A DNA stretch of 64,000 bases from an uncultured Clostridium sp. (GTDB lineage Bacteria > Bacillota > Clostridia > UBA1212 > UBA1255), in the NCBI GenBank assembly GCA_900543695.1, contig UQSG01000004.1, positions 14,331-78,330 of the forward strand, written 5' to 3'. The position numbers and the translations under genes were made by a program. Below are positions 57,074-64,000 of the stretch, piece by piece. The notes beneath the pieces were generated by a model. That model was given only the letters and a program-made list of their open reading frames with translations, did no database searches and was not told the DNA's origin. How positions within the stretch are numbered: position 1 is the stretch's first letter; each line of letters opens with the position of its first letter.

Positions 57074-57855
57074 TCTCTGTTCACTCCTAAAATTTTTTGG
57101 TAAATTTCCATATCAATCTGCTTATATACGTTGAATATGACGCAAATTCCGCTGGCGTCAGTATTCAGAAAGGAGTTTACCGTCTCCACGGCAATTTCAG
57201 CCGCCCGCTCGTTGGGGAAGCGAAACTCGCCCGTAGAAATACAGCAAAAGGCAATACTCTTACAGCCGTTTTCCGCAGCCAGCTGCAGGCAGGACCGATA
57301 GCAGGAGGCCAGCAGCTCGCAGTCCCGCTGCGTTACGGTTCCGGAAACGATCGGCCCTACGGTATGCAGAATATATTTGCAGGGCAAGTTGTATGCCGGC
57401 GTGATTTTGGCTTTCCCTGTCGGTTCCTCATGCCCCTGCTGCTTCATAAGCGCATCGCAGTAAAGCCTCAGCTGGATGCCGCTTTTCGTGTGAATCGCAT
57501 TGTCCACACAGCCGTGGCAGGGAAGAAAGCAGCCGAGCAGTTGACTGTTTGCGGCATTAACGACAGCATCGCAGCGCAGCGCGGTAATATCGCCCCGCCA
57601 AAGATAGATACCGTCCCGCACCGGTTTAAGCTCCGCAAGATCGGTGATGCCGGCGCTTCTGATCTCCTCCTGCAAATATGCATCCTGAATCTCTAAAAGC
57701 TTTCTGTCGGCAGGGCACGGCGGCCGTACGTTCAGCAGGGCGCGCAGCAGTTTTTGCTGCGCGTCCTCTTCCGAAGGAATTTCCAGACCGTCGGACTGCT
57801 TCCGCTCTTTGAGCAGCTCTCTAATCAAATAGAGTCTTCTTTCGGATTGTGTCAT
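57070..57855 (-). CDS. macrodomain protein (ADP-ribose / O-acetyl-ADP-ribose hydrolase-like)
   Basis: ...LWRGDITALRCDAVVNAANSQLLG......IHTKSG......ILHTVGP... is a MacroD-type core preceded by an ~100-aa N-terminal region. Start at ATG 57853-57855 after GGGAGG; the ORF-track N-terminus is over-extended. Confidence 0.85.
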   Translation of the reverse strand: MTQSERRLYLIRELLKERKQSDGLEIPSEEDAQQKLLRALLNVRPPCPADRKLLEIQDAYLQEEIRSAGITDLAELKPVRDGIYLWRGDITALRCDAVVNAANSQLLGCFLPCHGCVDNAIHTKSGIQLRLYCDALMKQQGHEEPTGKAKITPAYNLPCKYILHTVGPIVSGTVTQRDCELLASCYRSCLQLAAENGCKSIAFCCISTGEFRFPNERAAEIAVETVNSFLNTDASGICVIFNVYKQIDMEIYQKILGVNRE

Positions 57856-57872
57856 AAGTGCCTCCCGCCGCT

Positions 57873-58664
57873 TCAGGAGAAGAAAAAGCCTGCCGTCATG
57901 TTCAGATAATTTTCTCCGCCGTACGCAGGATACCTCCGTTTTACTTCCTTCTTGAACGTCTCCGCATCCGCGCATGTTGCCGCGATCGTTTTCAGACTTT
58001 CAATATAGGATATTTTCGTCTCAGCGTCTTTCAAATCCTCCGGCGTATAATGCGAGGTCAGAATCAAATCGTAGCCTTTTGCAATATATTCCTTAAGCTG
58101 AGCAATTACGGAATCCGCATGACCGGCTCCGGCGATAATGGAATGGCAGTCATGACCAAGCATATGCGTATATACCGCATTGATCTCGGGAATTTCTACG
58201 TCGAAGGCCTCCGGTGTTTGCCGGATGTCGAAGGCGATTCCGCCGATCGTGATCCTGCCCTCCCCGATCACGTTCGTAATTTTATGCACAGAAGCGTCAA
58301 AGGCCTCTCCAAATGCACTTGTAAAATTCTGAATCAGAGTTTTTCCACCGCCGGACTCCGAATATTCTATGGCGTTCTGCGTGGCATACTTTGGGATTTC
58401 CGGCAGAAAGGCCCCGCCGGCGCCATGGTAAGCCACCAGCATCCCCTCGATCTTCAGATTTTTCAGATAATCCGCAAGCTCTCCGATATTGTCAAAAAAG
58501 CAAGGCGACTCAATGAGAACGGCTTTTCCATCCTTCTCCACCGCAAATACCTCGTCGCTGATCAAGTCGTTTGTTTTATAGGCATGCAGCTTGATGCCTC
58601 CGAAATCGTAAACATTCATTTCCCCTTTTGCAAGCTTCACTGTTGTAAATGCGTTTTTATTCAT
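57873..58664 (-). CDS. MBL-fold-like protein (HxHxDH motif not evident)
   Basis: 263 aa. ...KAVLIESP......HMLGHDCHS...LILTSHY resembles the metallo-beta-lactamase fold order, but the canonical first motif is absent. First gene of the macro-Sir2 transcription unit. Confidence 0.4.
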   Translation of the reverse strand: MNKNAFTTVKLAKGEMNVYDFGGIKLHAYKTNDLISDEVFAVEKDGKAVLIESPCFFDNIGELADYLKNLKIEGMLVAYHGAGGAFLPEIPKYATQNAIEYSESGGGKTLIQNFTSAFGEAFDASVHKITNVIGEGRITIGGIAFDIRQTPEAFDVEIPEINAVYTHMLGHDCHSIIAGAGHADSVIAQLKEYIAKGYDLILTSHYTPEDLKDAETKISYIESLKTIAATCADAETFKKEVKRRYPAYGGENYLNMTAGFFFS

Positions 58665-58913
58665 AATTTATCCCTCCAGATTTTATTCCCGCGAGCCTCG
58701 GAACGGCCGTTCTCCGCAGCTCCTGTTTCTATTATACAAGCGCAGGTTTCATACGTAAAGTAAGCACAATTTTGTGCTATAGTTACCAAAAAGAAACCAT
58801 AGCGAAATAAAAAGATTTTTCAGCAAATGCGAAATGCATTGACAGCGAAAAAATATCTGTGATATCATTTTTACGTTCCATTTCCGGAATATCGCGAGAC
58901 GGAGGTTTTCGAT

Positions 58914-59249
58914 ATGCAAGAACAGAAAAACGAAGCTTTTTTACCGGCCTGTCCTGTGGAAACGACGCTGATGCTGATCGGCGATAAATGGAAGGTACTG
59001 ATTCTTCGGGATCTGATGCCCGGAACGAAGCGCTTCGGCGAGCTGAAAAAGTCAATCGGCAGCGTATCGCAGAAGGTATTGACCGCGCAGCTCCGGGCAA
59101 TGGAAGAAAGCGGGCTGATCGCACGCAAGGTCTATGCGGAGGTACCGCCAAGGGTTGAATATTCTCTGACGGAGCTTGGAAAAAGTCTGAAGCCGATCCT
59201 GGATGCTATGCAGGATTGGGGAGAAGAATACAAAGCCTCGCACGCGTAA
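58914..59249 (+). CDS. HxlR-family transcriptional regulator
   Basis: 111 aa. CPVETTLMLIGDKWKVLILRDL...RFGELKKSI..VSQKVLTAQLRAMEESGLI.RKVY.EVPPRVEYSLTELG. Confidence 0.9.
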   Translation: MQEQKNEAFLPACPVETTLMLIGDKWKVLILRDLMPGTKRFGELKKSIGSVSQKVLTAQLRAMEESGLIARKVYAEVPPRVEYSLTELGKSLKPILDAMQDWGEEYKASHA

Positions 59250-59312
59250 ACGGCCCGGCAGCCGCCGAACCGTTCTCCGGCAAAAAGTGAACGAGAGCTT
59301 GGATTTATTGCG

Positions 59313-61190
59313 TTATGAGACGCTTTTTCTCCATTTCAGCAGAAACGCAGAATGGATAATGACAAGAACGCTGCCCGCGTTATGTACAAGCGCGCCTATG
59401 ACGGGATTTAAAACACCCGTGATTGCAAGCACGATAGCGGCAAAATTCAGCGCCATGGAAAAAATCAGATTGAGCCGAATCGTTTTCATCATTTTTCTGG
59501 ATAGCGACACCAAATGAGGAAGCTCCTTGACTTCGTCATCCACCAAAGCAATATCCGCAGCATCTACGGCGATATCGCTGCCGACGCCGCCCATGGCAAT
59601 TCCCACATTGGCCTTTTTAAGCGCAGGCGCGTCGTTTACCCCGTCACCGATCATGCAGACGGATACGCCTTTTTCCTGAAACGCATCGATATAACCGAGT
59701 TTGTCCTCGGGCAGGCAGTTCGCATGTACTTCCTGAATCTGAAGCTGTTCTGAAATGGCGGCCGCGGTATTTTCATTGTCGCCCGTCAGCAGAACAGGCG
59801 TTACGCCGATCCGGTACAACGCTTTTATCATATCGGCGCTTTCCTCCCGTACCGTATCAGACAAAGCAATATAGCCGGCAAGTCTGCGGTCCGCGGCAAC
59901 ATAAACGATCGTGCTCCCTTTTGCAAGGAGCGCTTCCTCTTCTCTTTCTGCGGTATGAGCAATGCCGTTTTCCGCAAGCATTTTTTCATTTCCGGCAAGG
60001 ATTTCTCTGCCCTGCACAAACGCCAAAACGCCCTGTCCTGGCAGCATTTTAAAATCAGATGCATTGAGCGGCTCGCTATCGGCGCTCTGCCGATAGCAGC
60101 GGACGATGGCTTTCCCCAGCGGATGCTCAGAGTACTGCTCCGCGGCAGCCGCGAGGGCATACAAATGCGTTTCCGTATCATCAGAAAGGCTTTTGATGTG
60201 CGTTACCTGCGGCGTGCCGTGCGTGAGCGTCCCCGTTTTGTCAAAGGTAATGACAGAAATTTTTGCAAGGCGCTCCAGCGCGTCGCCCTCGCGCACCAGA
60301 AACCCGTGTTTTGTTGCATTCCCGATCGCCGCCATAATCGCCGTCGGCGTTGCAAGCACCAAAGAGCAGGGGCAGAACACAACGAGAATCGTCACTGCAC
60401 GGATTATATTTCCGGAAATCAGCCAGGTAAGCGCGGCCGCGCTCAGAGCGATCCCTACGATCCAGGTTGCCCAGCGGTCCGCAAGGCCGACGATTTTGGC
60501 TTTCCCTGCGTCTGCGGATTGTACAAGCCGGATCATCCGCTGGATCGAGCTGTCCTCGCCGACTTTGGCCGCTTTCATTTCAAATGCTCCATACTGATTT
60601 ACCGTGCCGCTGGAGACTTCCTCTCCAACGGTTTTATCAACCGGCAGCGATTCGCCTGTCATAACGGCCTGATTGACCGATGTTTGTCCGCTGAGAATCG
60701 TTCCGTCGACGGGAACCGTTTCCCCCGGCAAAACGCGGAGCACGTCCCCGACCTTTACTTGCTCGGCCGGAATGATTTTTTCCGCGCCGTCCGTAAGGAT
60801 TCTTGCCGTCTGCGGCGTCAAATGTACCAGCTTTTCGATGCCCGCGCGCGCTCTTGCGACGGTCAGCTCTTCCAGCAGACCACCAAGCTGCATAATAAAC
60901 GCGACCTCACCCGCCGCGAAAATTTCACCGATGCAGACAGATGCGATCAGCGCCAGGGAAACGAGCACGTCGGCTTTGATGTCAAATTGCGTAACCAATC
61001 CGACGACCGCTTCCAGAATAATCGGAAGCCCGCAGAAAACAATCGCGAGCCATGCCGCGTCAAAAGGAAATGGCTGCAAAGAAAAGATGCTAAGCAGCAG
61101 AGCAAGGCCGGAAACAGCAAGCAGGACGGCATCCTTTTTGATCCCGCCAAGATTCAGCAGCCATTCGATTTTTTTCATAAAGTGTTTCAT
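59313..61190 (-). CDS. heavy-metal-translocating P1B-type ATPase (no N-terminal HMA domain)
   Basis: CPC in the TM helix (VVFCPCSLVLATP), DKTGTLT, MIGDGVNDAPAL. Start taken at ATG 61188-61190 (MKHFMKK). Metal specificity not inferable. Confidence 0.9.
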   Translation of the reverse strand: MKHFMKKIEWLLNLGGIKKDAVLLAVSGLALLLSIFSLQPFPFDAAWLAIVFCGLPIILEAVVGLVTQFDIKADVLVSLALIASVCIGEIFAAGEVAFIMQLGGLLEELTVARARAGIEKLVHLTPQTARILTDGAEKIIPAEQVKVGDVLRVLPGETVPVDGTILSGQTSVNQAVMTGESLPVDKTVGEEVSSGTVNQYGAFEMKAAKVGEDSSIQRMIRLVQSADAGKAKIVGLADRWATWIVGIALSAAALTWLISGNIIRAVTILVVFCPCSLVLATPTAIMAAIGNATKHGFLVREGDALERLAKISVITFDKTGTLTHGTPQVTHIKSLSDDTETHLYALAAAAEQYSEHPLGKAIVRCYRQSADSEPLNASDFKMLPGQGVLAFVQGREILAGNEKMLAENGIAHTAEREEEALLAKGSTIVYVAADRRLAGYIALSDTVREESADMIKALYRIGVTPVLLTGDNENTAAAISEQLQIQEVHANCLPEDKLGYIDAFQEKGVSVCMIGDGVNDAPALKKANVGIAMGGVGSDIAVDAADIALVDDEVKELPHLVSLSRKMMKTIRLNLIFSMALNFAAIVLAITGVLNPVIGALVHNAGSVLVIIHSAFLLKWRKSVS

Positions 61191-61313
61191 CTCACGCCCT
61201 CTTTCCACGCTGACAATCTTTACGGGCAAATTATACATATACGGGTATAGGTTGTCAAGAAGGAAAAATAAAATACAGCCAGCCGCGGCTGTATCCTGTA
61301 AATGAACGCGTAT

Positions 61314-61589
61314 TTACTGCATGTTGGCAAAGCGCTCTACCGCTTTGGTAAAATTTTCGATGGTTTTATCCGCGTCTCCGTGCGCAAGGCCGTCCCTGAC
61401 GCAATGTTTGATATGTCCTTCCAGCACAACCTGACCGACCTTGTTCAAAGCAGATTTTGCCGCATTGATCTGGGAAAGAATATCCTCGCACGGCACGTCT
61501 TCGTCGACCATTCTGTCGATCGCCTGAACCTGCCCGACGATCTTTTTTAATCTGCGGTGAAGATTATCCGAATCCATACATTGCTTCAT
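61314..61589 (-). CDS. CsoR/RcnR-family metal-sensing repressor
   Basis: 91 aa. LHRRLKKIVGQVQAIDRMVDEDVPCEDILSQINAAKSALNKVG..VLEGHIKHC. Confidence 0.9.
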   Translation of the reverse strand: MKQCMDSDNLHRRLKKIVGQVQAIDRMVDEDVPCEDILSQINAAKSALNKVGQVVLEGHIKHCVRDGLAHGDADKTIENFTKAVERFANMQ

Positions 61590-61727
61590 ATCGTTTCCTC
61601 CGTAGCGTCAGATGCGTATTTTATTATACGAATAAACACGTTCCTGTCAAGATGACCGGGCCGCCGCTTCGCATACTGCCTCAGCGGCATACGGACCGTC
61701 AGGATTATTGCAATGTGAATGATCAAA

Positions 61728-63518
61728 TCATTTTACCATCGTCCAGACGAGCAGATCTGCAGCGCCCCGATTGCAGATGCTGAAGTACGGAATAAGCCTT
61801 GCGGTGAATTTTATCCGGCTGCTGCTTTTAAGCCGATACAGCTCCGCCGTTTTTTCTCTGCGCTCCGCATCGATATAAATCACGGGCGCAGGGAGCCCCT
61901 CTTCTTCTCTTATTTCAATGCGTCCGGATTCCAGCAGCGTGATGTCTCTTAAATTTTCACCGTTATCGATGCCCTCCATGCAATATACCAGCGGGCCTCT
62001 CATCACAGCGAACCGGCCGGAGCTATCCTGCGCATTGGGGTTTGCTTCGATAAAATGGAGCTTCATTGGCAGATCTACCACAGCGCTTTCCCCATTCGTC
62101 AGACGGAATCTGACAAACCCGTTTTCGGTTTCCCCTTTATACTCTGTACACCAGCCCGGGATTCTTACATACAGCGTCATCGGCTCGCCGTAATATTGAA
62201 ATTCTATTTTCCCGTCTGCAGGGTAATGGGTCTTCTGAATCAGCCTGGCTTCCCTGCCGCCTATCGTGAGCCTGGTTTCGGCAGAGGCAAACTGGCTGCA
62301 ATAAACCGTATCTTCGTCTATTGTATACATATATCTGGGAAGCGAGGCCAGCATGCGTACGACATTGGGCGGACAGCAGGAGCATTGAAATACTTTGACG
62401 CGCTCAGACGGGGGCTGAAATCCCCCTTTGCGGTTATATTTCTTCTGATCGATTTCCAGAGGGTTTGTATAGAAAAATTTATCGCCGCTTAAAGAAACCC
62501 CTGAAAGAAAGCCATTGTAATAAATGCGCTCGATCGTGTCGCCGTAAAGAGCGTTTGCCTCCAGCTGCTGCATTTCACCGGCAAACAGGGCAAGCGAGAT
62601 CGCTGCGCAGGTTTCATTGTAAACGCTTGTATTGGGCAGATCGTATTGATAGGAGAAGGCTTCTTCCGTATATTCAGAGCCAACGCCGCCGGTTATGCTC
62701 ATTTTACTGTTAACGATATCGGAAAACACCCGGCTGCAGGCAGCCTTCAGCCCGGCGTCGCCGTCGATTCCCGCCAGCATTGCCATAGCGGTGTAGAGAT
62801 AGCCCGCCCTTACGGCGTGTCCTCCGGCCTCGCGAATTTCTCTGACTGGAATATTGTCCTGGGCGTAAACGCTTCTGCTGTTTTTTTCTTTTTCGTTATT
62901 GCCGCGGCTGTTAATAAAAAAACGCGCAAGCGCAAGATGCTTTTGATCTTTTGTATGCTCATAAAGCTTTAAAAGCGCCAATTCAATTTCTTCATGTCCC
63001 GGAGTGACGAATCCGGCGCTCTGTTCTTCTACAAAAATCCGGTAGATATAGTCAACATTTTTGAGCATGCACTTCAGCAGCCGATCTTTGCCCGTAGCAG
63101 TATGGTAAGCAATTGCCGCTTCGATAAGATGTCCGGTGCAGTAAAGCTCATGGTCGGAGCGGCGGGAGAAAATTGCGGAAGGCTCGAGCGTCAGAAAATA
63201 CGAGTTGAAATATCCGTCTTCACGCTGATTCTTTTCAATCAGCCCGGCCGTGTGATCGATGATTTCTTCCAGCTCTTCGTCTCTCTTTTTTTCAATCAGG
63301 AAGGCGGCTCCCTCGATCCATTTAGCCACATCAGAGTCCCAGAATATATGGGGCTTGTTCGGCTGTCCTTCCCGCCAGCCGCAGCGAAATGCATCAAAGC
63401 GTCCCGTTTCGCGAAAGCGTTCATATACGCTGTGTACGGTTACGTTTCTTACAAGCTCCGAATAAAATTTCCAGAATCCGTCTTTTATTTCTGTACAGGC
63501 AAAGTATAAGTTTTTCAA
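61728..63518 (-). CDS. GH127-family glycoside hydrolase (beta-L-arabinofuranosidase-like, DUF1680)
   Basis: 596 aa. ...FWDSDVAKWIEGAAF......ELYC.GHLIEAAIAYH...CSCCPPN (Cys-rich catalytic region). Confidence 0.85.
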   Translation of the reverse strand: MKNLYFACTEIKDGFWKFYSELVRNVTVHSVYERFRETGRFDAFRCGWREGQPNKPHIFWDSDVAKWIEGAAFLIEKKRDEELEEIIDHTAGLIEKNQREDGYFNSYFLTLEPSAIFSRRSDHELYCTGHLIEAAIAYHTATGKDRLLKCMLKNVDYIYRIFVEEQSAGFVTPGHEEIELALLKLYEHTKDQKHLALARFFINSRGNNEKEKNSRSVYAQDNIPVREIREAGGHAVRAGYLYTAMAMLAGIDGDAGLKAACSRVFSDIVNSKMSITGGVGSEYTEEAFSYQYDLPNTSVYNETCAAISLALFAGEMQQLEANALYGDTIERIYYNGFLSGVSLSGDKFFYTNPLEIDQKKYNRKGGFQPPSERVKVFQCSCCPPNVVRMLASLPRYMYTIDEDTVYCSQFASAETRLTIGGREARLIQKTHYPADGKIEFQYYGEPMTLYVRIPGWCTEYKGETENGFVRFRLTNGESAVVDLPMKLHFIEANPNAQDSSGRFAVMRGPLVYCMEGIDNGENLRDITLLESGRIEIREEEGLPAPVIYIDAERREKTAELYRLKSSSRIKFTARLIPYFSICNRGAADLLVWTMVK

Positions 63519-63908
63519 AGCGGCACCTCCTGCAGTAAAATTGCTGATACGAACGGCATTTAATGTTATTGCTATTATAGCATTTATATCTTTTACGTAA
63601 ACCGGGGAATTGCATATTCGGCAAAATACAGCAGAAAAATTTTTATTTTGAGAGCGAACGGATCCGCTCTGACCGGGTCACGGTTCGCACAGGTTCCTTT
63701 CATCGCTCTCGCTCTGTCAAAAGCCGCGGACTTTACAGGCACACGTTTTGGCTGCACGGCAATACCCAAGGAGCTTGAGCAAAATAGCATGGAAAAGGGC
63801 GGCGCCGCTTGTATTTACCAGGGGAAGCCGGGAGTTTTTTAATTATCTGCCAAACGAAATGCAGGCCGCAGGTACGCCCGGCGAGGGTTCTGGTCTTTGC
63901 CGGCCTGA

Positions 63909-64000
63909 TCATTCTGAAAAATCCTCGCCCGGACAGAGGAATGCTGCAAGCTCCCGGGCAATAACCTGAAAGCCGTCCTGATTCGGATGTAAACCGTCAA
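63909..64000 (-). CDS. C-terminal end of an SGNH/GDSL-family hydrolase (gene starts beyond the window end)
   Basis: Own minus-strand translation gives ...DGLHPNQDGFQVIARELAAFLCPGEDFSE*, with stop at 63909-63911. DGLHPN is the SGNH block V (DxxH) motif. Confidence 0.6.
   Translation of the reverse strand, partial: DGLHPNQDGFQVIARELAAFLCPGEDFSE

Noticed and set aside
1-64000. tRNA, rRNA or tmRNA genes
   Set aside because: No intergenic segment shows a cloverleaf-compatible GTTCGAATC-type T-arm or rRNA-like conserved blocks. The intergenic regions are accounted for by promoters, leaders and terminators.

Overview
The window looks like chromosome from a spore-forming Firmicute of the Clostridia type. 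Evidence: an alpha/beta-type SASP, a GerA-type germinant receptor operon, a T-box leader, and ecfA1-ecfA2-ecfT directly after rplQ. Almost all genes are on the minus strand. From low to high coordinates: a small sporulation/membrane gene set and nnrD-alr-ndoAI-ndoA (0.4-5.2 kb); the ECF energizing module (5.5-8.1 kb); the complete alpha/spc/S10 ribosomal protein cluster, rplQ back to rpsJ, including rpmJ and rpmD, which the ORF track misses (8.2-24.0 kb); and a long terminator-containing leader upstream of rpsJ. Next come a YitT-family gene, a plus-strand block (metallophosphoesterase, GH36-like hydrolase, DUF5050-like protein), and a nadD::yqeK fusion-rsfS-corA-HAD operon. Then follow the ACT/UPF0210 pair, a gerAA-gerAC-gerAB-small-subunit operon, purC-purF-purB-purA, and thrS with a T-box leader. 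The remainder holds an MBL-like/macrodomain/Sir2 operon with a divergent HxlR regulator, csoR plus a P1B-ATPase, a GH127 hydrolase, and a partial SGNH hydrolase. The unusual part is 49.0-56.4 kb. The last ~190 nt of the macrodomain-linked Sir2 gene occurs five times as direct repeats. The repeats delimit four AT-richer, promoter-bearing cassettes: three divergent AAA+/DUF4143 ATPases and one AbiEi/AbiEii pair. I could not recognise a recombinase anywhere in the window. I interpret this as a gene-3'-end-templated cassette or defence-island accretion site; the mechanism is unknown. All motif coordinates and identity statements were counted by hand and need computational confirmation.
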